Source: Octopus sinensis
Taxonomy: Eukaryota
Reading direction: 5' to 3'
Length of the DNA: 64,000 bases
Assembly: GCF_006345805.1 (NCBI RefSeq)
Contig: NC_043019.1
Coordinates: 6,323,360 to 6,387,359, forward strand
Shown: one piece after another, positions 51,645 to 64,000 of the stretch
Layout: each line of letters begins with the position of its first letter
Position numbering within the stretch: position 1 is the first letter of the stretch
Position numbers and translations under genes: made by a program
The notes under the pieces: model-generated
Told to the model about the DNA's origin: nothing
The model's database searches: none
The model's input: the letters and a program-made list of their open reading frames with translations, nothing else

Positions 51645-52230
51645 TGAAGGTGAAAAGTTGGATTTATGGTGATTAGAGTCTATGCAAATGTATCTGAGGT
51701 ATTGATTAGGTTTACGATGGGGGGGGGGGGATATAGCGAAGATTTTAAATCTAAAGTAACATCTAGAAAATTAGCTGTTTTGTGTTTTCAAAACAGGTAG
51801 ATAAATTAAATTTAGCAAAGAATTTATGTAAATCTTTTCTAGTTTTCTCTAATGCGGATTTAGTTAAACCCGTAGTAACCAATAATGCATCGTCTCTATA
51901 CAACCCCATCCTTGATGTTAGAGAAATACATACGGAGTTGCAAGAGGAGGTATAGTCCGACCAGATCCGTGACCTGGGCCGAGTCCGATGAGCCTATGGT
52001 TATATCGAAGAAATTGTTACTATTATTTTTGAGCCACCAAAGCTTATCATCGAAGGGGATGAGTGTTTTTCTGGCAGTTAGAATTGCGCCTGTTTCTAAG
52101 GGGATCAGGTTAGTTAGGATTTTAGCTAGAATGAAAGCTTTGTTGGGGACGATAGGAAGTACAAAAGCGTAGTAATTGTTGATATCAATGACGTTACTTA
52201 ACTTTACCAAAAACTTTCCTTGGCATGTCA
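51645..52230 (-). mobile_element. Penelope-like element reverse transcriptase relic
   Basis: RKTLIPF..KLWWLKN...FFDITIGSSDSAQVTDLVGLYLL; GLYRDDAL; NFLDVTLDL; RKPNQYLRYICIDSNH across frameshifts. Confidence 0.88.
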
Positions 52231-52295
52231 CTATATATATATATATCAACATTTTCATTATTCGATATTAACGTGTAAAAACATGTATGTGCATC

Positions 52296-52331
<36 letters not shown>

Positions 52332-52384
52332 TGTATTGGGTCATACACATATTTATATATATATACACATATATACATACATAT

Positions 52385-52542
52385 ATACGACGGGCTTCTT
52401 TCAGTTTCCGTCTACCAAATCCACTCATAAGGCTTTGGTCGGCCCGAGGCTATATTAGAAGACACTTGCCGAAGGTGCCCGCAGTGGGACTGAACCCGGA
52501 ACCATGTGGTTGGTAAGCAAGCTACTTACCACACAGCCACAC
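52385..52542 (-). mobile_element. SINE family A, 5' half
   Basis: Reverse complement of the A head. Confidence 0.85.
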
Positions 52543-52557
52543 ATGCATGTGTGTAGG

Positions 52558-52589
<32 letters not shown>

Positions 52590-52640
52590 ATAAATATATA
52601 TATATATATAAATGCATATATATATGTATGTGTGTGTGTA

Positions 52641-52673
<33 letters not shown>

Positions 52674-53019
52674 AACCAATACAACTTGTTGCATGATCGG
52701 ATTGTCGGTGACTAAACTAGCAACCCCACCAACATTCGCAGACGGGCTGAGCTCACAACTTGACAAATTAAATTCTGTTGTTTCAAAGGGTGATGAATGT
52801 GCTTTCCTATACTCGAGCGAAACTCGAGTATAGGGTTGACTGTTTTTTTATTCACTCTAGAGTCTATAAAAAGAGTGTCTTAAGAATTCCTTTTTTTCGT
52901 GGTTTGGGTTTTAACTACCCTTTTCAGCATGTAAGAAGTCCTGTCAAGGGTCTTCTCTCCACGTATAAATCTTTACACACTCTTATAAATAATTGCATGA
53001 GCTACTTGGTAGTGATTTT

Positions 53020-54180
53020 TACCTTCTCCCTATTCTTAGTGCAAGTTTTGACGAGTGCAGTTCGATTTGAACTGTTATTTTACAATGGAAGTGACAAATG
53101 GGTGTATATTCGGCATGTTTTGCTTTAGGAGTTCAATAAAGGCAACAACGCAACGGAAAGTGCGAGGAATATTTATGCAGTATATGGAAATCGGACAATA
53201 AGCATAAGCTAATGTCAACGGTGGTTCCAGAAATTCAAAGCCGAAAACTACAGCCTAGAAGACGAGCTACATACTGGAAGGTCTGTAGAGCTCGACGAGG
53301 ACGTCCTGCGCACTCTGGTTGAACAAAATCCCATAATAACTGTTGAGAAAACAGCAGAGAAGCTTGGATTTCGTCATTCAACCATTCATTGACAGCTGCG
53401 TGCCATCGGAAAAGTCAGAGGTCAATGTGTTGCTCATAAAATTTCCAAGTCTAATCGCGCACAGAGGGTGAATGTGTGCTCTTTTTTACTGTCACGTCTC
53501 ACGAATGAATCTTTTTTGGACCGAATAATGACTGGTGGCGAGAAATGGGTTCTCTGTAAAAACATCAAGCGCCGAAGACAGTGGGCAGGGAAAGGAGAAA
53601 CTCCGACACCCCAGGCTAAAGACCTTCACCCACCTAAGGTGTTGTTATCTGTTTGGTGGAATATGAAAGGTTTAGTCTACTTTGAACTTTTAAACCCAAA
53701 CCAAACGATAGCAAAGGAGATCTACTGCAAGCAGCATGAGCGGTTTAGGTCAGTGCTAGAAGAAAAACGACAATCTTTGGTTTGAAGACGAAGGGTTTTC
53801 TTCCCTCGGGATAATGCTCGGCCACATACAGCGTAGATGGCATTCCAAAGGCTGGAGCAGTTTGAATGGGAAACTATGCCCCATTCACCATATTTGCCGG
53901 ACATTGACCCGTCTGATTATCATTTATTCCGCAGTTTTCAAAATCATTTGGACGGAAAAGATATGAATTTTTTGTAGACGAAGTCGGAACAGCAATGGAG
54001 AAATATTTTTTCGTCACGGACGAGTGAATTTTGGAAGACGGGCCTTGCAAGTCTACCAGATAGATGGGAGAGCATTTTAGAAAATGAAGGAGAATATATT
54101 TGAGATTTAAAAAGAACTTTATCTTCATTCTGAAAAATAAACGAAGTATAAAAAAACGCAGTATTTATGGGACGACCCAA
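53020..54180 (+). mobile_element. mariner element (DD34D), disrupted transposase 53085-54110, right TIR present
   Basis: IRHVLLYEFNKG, WFQKFK, LDRIMTGGEKW, HPPKVLLSVWW, DNARPHT, HSPYLPDIDPSDYHLF; 3' TIR gcagtatttatgggacgacccaa; left TIR not found next to it. Confidence 0.93.
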
Positions 54181-54276
54181 CACACACACACACATATATA
54201 TATGTATATATATGGATAGAAATGATAAGACAACAAAAGAATGAAAGACACCTCGATATTATGTAAATACAGGAAT

Positions 54277-54531
54277 TTATCTGTAAATATAATGTCACAA
54301 TTATTCGGTAGCAATGATAAAACTCCGAGTTTCGGATGTCGGGGAAGAAACTACGCCGGCATCTCTTCAGTTATCAGGCCATACCGTTTTGTTTTTCCTT
54401 TCTTTTTCTTTTTTTTTCTATTTTTTTTATGGCCCGATAACTGAAGAGATGCCGGCGTGGGTTTCAGGCCCGACATCCGAAACTCGGAGTTTTATCATGG
54501 CTACCGAATAATTGTCACATATGATATTTAC

Positions 54532-54536
<5 letters not shown>
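54277..54536. mobile_element. Palindromic mini-element with two divergent hammerheads
   Basis: Arms 54277-54383 and 54429-54536; minus-strand fold 54376-54315, plus-strand fold 54436-54496. Confidence 0.85.
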
Positions 54537-54589
<53 letters not shown>

Positions 54590-54955
54590 CGTTTTACTTA
54601 CTTCAGTTATTAGGCTGCGGCAATGCTGGGGCACCGCCTTGAAGTTATTTTACTCAAATGTATCGACCCCAGTGCTTTTATTTCTTAACCTGATACTTAT
54701 TTGTCAATATCTTTTGCCGAACCACTAAGTTACGGGAACGTAAACACACCAGCACCGCTTGTCAAATGATGGTGTGAGACAAATACTCCATATATACGAC
54801 GAACTTCTTTCAGCTCCCGTCTACCAAATCCACTCACAAGGCTTTGGTCGGCCTGAGGCTATAGTAGAAGACACTTGCCCAAGGTGCCACGCGGTGGGAC
54901 TGAGCCCAGAACCATGTGTTTGTGAAGGAATCTTCTTACCATCAGCCACGCCTGG
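54590..54955 (-). mobile_element. SINE family A, degenerate
   Basis: Diverged reverse complement of the A consensus. Confidence 0.78.
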
Positions 54956-54965
54956 GGAATTTTAA

Positions 54966-55028
54966 TCAATTCATTGCTGTTAAATTTTAACGACAAAATC
55001 TTATACGGGCCCCAGTTGAGAACCACTG
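54966..55028 (-). mobile_element. hAT-like terminus (CAGTGGTTCTCAAC)
   Basis: gttgagaaccactg at 55015-55028; same end at 59966-59979 on the plus strand. Confidence 0.5.
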
Positions 55029-55107
55029 AACAAGAAATTTGTATAATTAGACGCAAACTAGTACACATAGCTGAATTGTCATAGTCAACGCGCGGCAACA
55101 GAACTTA

Positions 55108-55138
<31 letters not shown>

Positions 55139-55493
55139 ATGAATAAATAAATAAAAGATCATTGATGTCGACGACACTGTAATGGTGGACAGCAGTAATA
55201 GCCAACCTGTTCCTCCCACACCGGCCCATCACAAAACATCGATCAACAACAACACTGTCAGAACCAACCGATAAGTACTGATACAGAATACAGCCAGGCT
55301 GCTAGCAAATCAAGGTATTCAAATGAATGCGTTCTCGAACAAACAGAAGACTACCGAGAGCTTTTTTATTTCGCTAAAAGTGGTGGGGGAAGATATCCTG
55401 CTACAGGTACAAAATATTAACTTTAACGACAGGGCATTTGAAACAAAGATATATATATATATACATACATACATACATACATACATACATACG

Positions 55494-55585
<92 letters not shown>

Positions 55586-55589
55586 GCCA

Positions 55590-58500
55590 GGAGATCCAGC
55601 GAGCCATCACCAACCATCTATGCAAATCACAAGGACCACTCACCCATTACCAACTTCCCTTACCTCGACATTCCTGTTAAATGTACGTGGCATCAACCCA
55701 TCAATTATTGCCCAAAAATGGAAGATCCATATATAGAGAGTTGGCTTGCCGAAATGGCACATTGCTTCCCTTTCTTTATCCTTACCGAGACTCACCTGAA
55801 CAACACCCATATGGACGCAGAGGTGAAAATAAAAGATTTCACCATTGTTCGTGCGGATCGCACAGACCGAAATAAGGGAGGGACAGCCATCTTTATCCAT
55901 GACTCCTTTTCACTTGATGCCAAGGACACATTTTCCAATGGCTACTGTGAATCGGTATCACTATACAACAAAGCCAAAGACATAACCATTGTTGGTCTTT
56001 ACAGGCCTCCCCAGGCACCTCTAAAGTACTTTGAAGAGTACCTTAGCAAAGTCAAGTCCTTCCTTCGGAAGTACCACTTCGGAAACATACTAGTGATGGG
56101 TGATTTTAACCTCCCTCATGTGAACTGGCCCACAAATACTCCGAAGTTAGGCAAGTGCTCTACATCAGATAGGGCAGCAGCAGAACTGCTCTTTAATCTG
56201 ATGGATGAGTATTTCCTGACTCAGCTAGTGCTTGAACCAACGAGACAGAATAAAACGATCTTAGATCTGGTATTGACCAATCACTCTAGCTACGTTCACA
56301 GCATTTAAGTCGAAAAAACTCTCCTCTCAGACCACGACATGGTACTCTGCAATCTTAATTCCCGACATATAAAAACCAAACCAGCCAATCCCACTCCATG
56401 GCACCCATTTGACAACATAAACTTCCACAAAGCGGACTGGGGAACAATCAGAAAGGATCTGTCTTCCATCGACTGGTCTTTTACTCTCAATTCCCCTCAT
56501 ATTGAGACCGCGTGGCAGCACTTTGAAACCATTGTCACCTATACATGCTCTAAACACGCTCCCAAGAAATCTACTAACACAAACAGAAACCGGCTCCCTA
56601 AAAAGAAAAAAAACACTCATCAGGCGCATCAAAAGACTCGACAAAAAAATCAACCAATTAAAATATTCCCACACACAACATCCACATTCAACAACAATGA
56701 AAAGACTAGAGCTGGAAAAACTTCATCTGCAGACTAACATGAAAACCTCCATTGAAAATCAAAGGGCTGTGGAAGAACAATGGGTAATCAAAAACATCAA
56801 ACAGAACCCAAAAGTGTTCTATTCTTATGCAAATAAGCATAGAACCACTGTCTCACCCATTGGGCCATTGATTGATGATAACGGCATTCCCCAACACGAT
56901 GCTAAAGAAATGGCAGAAATACTGCAGAAACAATACTGCTCTGTCTTCAGTGTTCCCACTGATATTGATGTGAGGGAAACGAACGAAGTTGACTCCCAAC
57001 ACAAAATCGCAGACATAACCTTCACTGCCACCGACATCGTAGCAGCAATAAATGAGGTCAAACATTACTCTGCTGTAGGCCCTGATAGATTTCCCGCTAG
57101 TCTCCTGAAGGAATGTAGATATCAACTTGCAGTCCCTCTGACCAACCTCTGGAGAAACTCGTTAGACGCAGGTTATATACCGAAACAGTTTCTATCCCAG
57201 TCGGTCATCCCGGTTTTCAAACAGGGAAACAGATCCCTCGCAGTCAACTATCACCCAATCTCACTCACCTCCCACATCATTAAAGTGTTTGAAAGAGTGT
57301 TAAGATCAAGGATAGCTGACTTCCTGGAGACCCACAAACTCCTAATTCAAATCAGCATGGCTTTCACTGTGGCAGGGACTGTCTAACACAGCTCTTACAC
57401 CACATTGAAGATGTACTCAAAGCCTTGGGAACAGGTTCGAACTCTGACGTCATATATCTTGACTTCAGTAAAGCGTTCGACAGGGTAGACCATAACATCC
57501 TACTCTCAAATTGGCAAATGTTGGAATCCGTGGAAAAGTTCTACGCTGGATTCAGTATTTCCTGGCGAATAGAACACAACATGTTGTAGTTGATGGAGTC
57601 CACTCAAACCCAGCAAAAGTCACCAGCGGTGTTCCCCAGGGAACTGTTTTGGGTCCGCTACTCTTCATAATTTACGTAAACGACCTTCCAGTGTCGTACA
57701 TCACTGCAAAGTGAAAATATTCGCTGATGACACTACGCTCCAGCAAATCGTCAATGAAGAAGCAGACCGAACTCAACTCCAGTCTGATCTATATGCTGTG
57801 AGTCAATGGCAGACAGAAACAAAATGCAACTGAATGAGGGAAAATTTGAGCTGATGCATTTTGGAAGAAATTCCTCACTAAAACAACCATACTCTCTTCC
57901 TTCAGGGGAACCTCTCGCAGCCTCTACAATATCAGAGACCTGGGTGTAATTGTTGATGATGATCTCAGTTGGAGTGCACACATCAACAAGAAGGTCGATA
58001 TAGCTCGTAGGATGAGTTCCTGGATCTTAAGAACTTTCCGGTCCAGAGAACAAGGTGTCATCATACACTTTTTTCCTCCTTTGTACGGCCACACCTTGAA
58101 TATTGCTGCCCACTGTGGTCTCCTCACACAAGACAAAACATCTCCAGAATTGAGTCACCCCAGAGGGCTCTCACTAAACAAATTGAAGGCATGGCTGCTC
58201 TCGATTATTGGGATCGACTTAAAGCCTTGAAACTCTACTCCCTCCAGCGTCGCCGTGAGCGGTACATCATTTGTACGATGTGGAAAATATACCGCCAACT
58301 TTGCCCAAACGACCTAAACATTAGCTTCAAGGTTCATCCAAGACTTGGACCACGGGCTATACGTCCCCTGCCAAATTCAAGATCACAACATACATGTACA
58401 CTGCAGCATAATTTCTTTTCCTCAACAGGCCCTGCCTATTTAACATTGTCCCGAGGGAGATCAAAGAGGAAAAGGATCCCATCAACTTCAACAGAGTCTG

Positions 58501-58732
58501 GATAGATTCCTTCAAAGAATACCAGATAAGCCACCCATAATTGGATATACAACTCACCCAACAAGAACTCACTACTTGAACAAAACTGGATACAACTCAC
58601 CCAACAAGAACTCACTACTTGAACAAAACTTGACTTAAACAGGATTCGAATAATCCTATCAGGTGGTGCTATTAAGTTAGACATGGCCTGGACCAATCTC
58701 TGGTCGAAACATATCTAAGTTTTATCTAAGTT

Positions 58733-58735
<3 letters not shown>
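55590..58735 (+). mobile_element. CR1-type LINE, near-complete ORF2 (APE endonuclease + RT) with frameshifts and stops, ORF1 absent, intact 3' end
   Basis: LLNVRG, TETHL, GGTAIF, GLYRPP, MGDFNLP, PTR..ILDLVLTN; [55 protein letters not shown]; tail (tatctaagtt)2; (TA)n on both sides. Confidence 0.95.
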
Positions 58736-58787
<52 letters not shown>

Positions 58788-58927
58788 GTGTATTTTTACC
58801 TTGTTAACAATTAACACGGAAAAAATAAATAAATAGTTACCAGGGTAGCAAAAATCTCATAAGTAAAGATGTAACTCCTTGTTTATAAAGGTAGAAACTT
58901 CATGTTTACGTGGAATATTATGAATAA

Positions 58928-59119
58928 TATATGAATAAATAAATGGAGTTTAAAATGTCTTATTGACGAGTTTCGTTTTTTTCACTTTCCTGAAGAGAAG
59001 ATTGCATTGTTTATACCATTTATTCTTTTGAATAGTATCAGTGGAATTTTCGAAACATGTGTCGAAAGTAAAAATATTTAATTTACACCTGCGTTAAACT
59101 CCATTTATTTATTCATATA
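58928..59119 (+). mobile_element. 192-bp element with perfect 26-bp terminal inverted repeats enclosing a hammerhead
   Basis: tatatgaataaataaatggagtttaa (58928-53) / ttaaactccatttatttattcatata (59094-119). Confidence 0.85.
58984..59069 (+). ncRNA. Canonical type I minimal hammerhead ribozyme
   Basis: acuuuc-CUGAAGA-gaagauu..aauuuuc-GAAA-c augu g-UC-gaaagu; all core nucleotides present; predicted cut after C59063. Confidence 0.8.
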
Positions 59120-59180
59120 TATATATAATATATATATTATATCATATATTATAGATATTATATAATATATAGATATATAT

Positions 59181-59212
<32 letters not shown>

Positions 59213-59338
59213 AGAGCTTTCTAAATTACAATTCGAAGTAATAAATGGGAAACTAGTGTCCATTGAAACAGAACTCATATATGAGACTATAATATTTTGA
59301 TATATGTGACAGCAAGAACATTAATAAAAACAGGAGTA

Positions 59339-60717
<1,379 letters not shown>

Positions 60718-61012
60718 GCTTGCTTGCTTGGTGAGGAGAGTGATTGTTGGACACCCTGCAGAACGATATATAATATATATATATATATATATAAATAAGG
60801 GTAAAATATGAAAAATCACCGAAAATGCATATTGTAGATATAAAATGGCTATTTATGACAGGTAGTGACAAATATATACGTTTAGAGTATTACTAGTCAA
60901 AAAGGTCATTATTATTGATGATTATAAGAAGTTAATAATAATAATAATAATAAGGTAAGAGACTGAAACGAACCAATTGGTTTTCGCGTTAGCTATTCAT
61001 CGTTTTATATAG

Positions 61013-61466
61013 ATATATGCATATATACATACGTATAAGTACATACCTACATGGATATTTATATATACATGCATATATGCGTACAGGACATCAAAAAACC
61101 GTTGAGCACAATGAAAAACGAAGACAAAAACAAAAACATGGAAACGGACTTTTTCAAACATCGAAAAAACAGAGAAACAAGACATACATCACAAGGAATA
61201 TTCCCCTTCTTCAGTTGTCCATCGTGGAGTAGATGAAACAGGGACAACAGAAGAAGGGGAATATTCTTTATGTTGTCTGTCTCGTTTCTCTGTTTGTTTC
61301 TTACGTTTTTCGAAAAAAAGTTCGTTTCTATGTTTTTGTTTTTTTATGTTTTCGTTTCTCATTGTGTTCAACGTTTTTTTTTTTTGATGTCCTGTACCCA
61401 TATATGCATGTATATATACATATATATGTAGGTATGTACAGATATGTATTTATATATGCATATATT
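61013..61466. repeat. Fold-back palindrome with ~210-bp diverged arms, centre near 61228; third partial copy at 62360-62500
   Basis: gtacaggacatcaaaaaa...ggaatattccccttcttc versus gaagaaggggaatattc...ttttgatgtcctgtac. Confidence 0.85.
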
Positions 61467-61589
61467 TATATATTATTTATATTATATTATATGATCGAAC
61501 GCCACGCATCCTTTTCCAAGTAAGTTTTATCTATATATAAAATATACATACATACATATACAACACACAACCCGTATCGAGAAGATATA

Positions 61590-61660
<71 letters not shown>

Positions 61661-61669
61661 CTATATATA

Positions 61670-61742
61670 AACTTAGATAACTTAGATGTGTTTCGACCAA
61701 AGATTGGTCCAGGCCATGTCTAACTTAATAGCACCACCTAAT
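61670..61742 (-). mobile_element. CR1 3' terminus (~70 nt)
   Basis: Reverse complement of 58660-58735. Confidence 0.9.
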
Positions 61743-61802
61743 AATATATATATATATATATATACATACAATATAAATATATATGTATACATATATATAT
61801 AG

Positions 61803-61835
<33 letters not shown>

Positions 61836-61848
61836 TATATAAATATAT

Positions 61849-61927
<79 letters not shown>

Positions 61928-61946
61928 ATATATGCATACATATACA

Positions 61947-62080
61947 CTAGCAGAGATTCTCGCGTTGCTCGGGATTAAAACTGCATAATTTGTAATTATA
62001 TATTACAGTTATGTTTTGAAACAGATGATACAGGAACAGGAAAGTGTAGCATTGACGACAAAACATTTGTGTGCATGTGT
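61947..62080 (-). mobile_element. Helitron-like 3' end
   Basis: Minus strand cccgagcaacgcgagaatctctgCTAG|T. Confidence 0.55.
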
Positions 62081-62608
62081 CTGTGTGTGTGTGAGTGAAC
62101 GTGTATGTGTGTGTGTGTGTGTACATATGACCCCAACAATTAACGGAACCGTACATAACATGTGTATGTATGTATACATATAAAGGAGCATATATGCATA
62201 CATACATATATACATATGTGTGTGTAAACGTATGTACATATATATATATATACATAGTTACATTTTATATATATTTATATATCTTATATATCTTTATATA
62301 TCTTTATTTATGTATATATATATATATACATATAGTGTAATAAATAAAATATATGCATACAAACAAACATATATGTACGTACCTACATCTACATGTATAT
62401 ATACATGCATATATAAATATATATACGTGTGTACAGGACACCACAAATAGACGTAGAACTCAACGAGAAACGAAAACGTAAAAACAGCATGGAACGGACC
62501 ATTTATATATATATATATATATCTTTTTTATGTATATATATATGTATATATATCTTTATATCTATATATATATATATCTTTGTTTATGTATATATATATA
62601 TAAAGATA

Positions 62609-62643
<35 letters not shown>

Positions 62644-62802
62644 ATATATTATATATATATGTATGTATAGTATATATATATATATATATATCTATATATA
62701 CGATATATATATATCTTAGTATACATATATATTTAATGTATGTATATATATATATTAATATATGTATATATATATATTTATATATATATATATATATTAT
62801 AG

Positions 62803-62834
<32 letters not shown>

Positions 62835-62837
<3 letters not shown>

Positions 62838-62901
62838 GTGGTGCTATTAAGTTAGACATGGCCGGACCAATCTTTGGTCGAACACATCTAAGTTTATCTA
62901 A

Positions 62902-62903
<2 letters not shown>
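62835..62903 (+). mobile_element. CR1 3' terminus (~70 nt)
   Basis: ttaggtggtgctattaagttagacatggccggaccaatctttggtcgaacacatctaagtttatctaag. Confidence 0.9.
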
Positions 62904-62940
<37 letters not shown>

Positions 62941-63030
62941 GTGTGTGTATATATATATATATTATATCTTCTCGATACGGGTTGTGTGTTGTATATATAT
63001 CTTTGTTTATGTATATATATATATATCATT

Positions 63031-63064
<34 letters not shown>

Positions 63065-63758
63065 TCGATGTGTGATAGAGTTACTGGTAGAAACAACGTG
63101 AGGAGAATCATTGTTGGAGATATCAATCGGATATACAAACGTTGAAAGCACTTAGTATAATGCACCGAACATTTTAACAACAGCATCGACTGAGACCCTG
63201 CTGCGATATCTAATGCCAATTTGAAAGCATAAAAAAAGCCAAGTGGTGTTTAACCAGGAAATAGACCATCATCTTTTGGTCAGCTAATTGAATATGTTTT
63301 TCCATTTGTTTTATACATTTTGCAATGGCTGCTACAAATATACGATTCCGAATGGCTTTTTATTTCATAGCATTATTCGCTCTTACATACTGTTTTCCCA
63401 TTCTTGCAATATATTTATTGTATCTTTTCGCTTTTCTCTTTACAAATAATTTTCTCCTCGTTCACACGGTTTTTTTCTTTTCTTTTTTTCTTTGTTGTTG
63501 TTGTTGTGGATGTCGCTGTTGTTTAGTTCCAGGTCAGCTCCAACCAGGCGGACTTACAGTGAAAGGTGCTCGCCCTACACGCATTGTATGGAGAGCCTCA
63601 AAAGCAACATCTAATGATGAAACGAAAATCTTGCTTATGTCAAGAGACATTTACTCACAGCTCATATCAATGAAACTAGAAGGGGTTCTACTCTGCAGTT
63701 TAGAATCTTGGACAACACGCAAATAAAATAGTAAAAGCATCGCAAATTCTTTATCTTT

Positions 63759-63804
<46 letters not shown>

Positions 63805-63824
63805 ATATATAATATATTATTATC

Positions 63825-64000
63825 TTTACTCTTTATTCTTTTACTTCTTTCAGTCATTTGACTGCGGCCATGCTGGAGCACGCCTTCAGTCGACCAAATC
63901 GACCCCAGGACAATTCTTTGTAAGCCTGGTACTTATTCTATCGGTCTTATTTTGCCGAACTACTAGGTTACAGGGACATAAACACACCAGCATCGGTTGT
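63825..64000 (-). mobile_element. SINE family A, 3' half, cut by window end
   Basis: Reverse complement of the A 3' half. Confidence 0.88.

Noticed and set aside
52334-52344. tattgggtcat as the left TIR of the 53 kb mariner
   Set aside because: Only about 9 matching bases and about 700 bp of unrelated sequence intervenes; unproven.
58542-58629. 43-45 bp tandem duplication near the CR1 3' end
   Set aside because: Real, but an ordinary slippage event with no wider significance.
63560-63725. Possible RTE fragment (TKILL...VLLCSLESWT)
   Set aside because: Too short and diverged to support without a profile search.

Overview
AT-rich, microsatellite-laden, repeat-dominated eukaryotic DNA. I found no supportable host protein-coding gene. 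The SINE families and repeat mix look like an octopus/cephalopod genome (inference from recognition, not a database check). Contents: about 45 copies or fragments of five tRNA-headed SINE families (labelled A-E here), a near-complete but frameshifted CR1-type LINE ORF2 (55.6-58.7 kb), relics of RTE, R4/Dong-like, CRE-like and Penelope-like (PLE) retroelements, and mariner, Tc1, Tigger/pogo, hAT and Helitron relics. Almost all ORFs in the supplied track are microsatellite or SINE artefacts. The most interesting signal is non-coding: about ten type I minimal hammerhead ribozyme folds, from near-canonical to degenerate, in several sequence-unrelated short elements. Most sit in or beside (TA)n tracts, and many are arranged as head-to-head inverted pairs or bracketed by short inverted repeats, alongside PLE reverse-transcriptase relics. 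Other notable structures: two independent tandem arrays built from one SINE body (184-bp and ~197-bp periods, the first bounded by a single TSD), one SINE head carrying at least four different 3' tails, and a circularly permuted, shuffled paralogue of the 52.6-55.4 kb region at 59.3-60.7 kb. All folds and alignments were done by eye.
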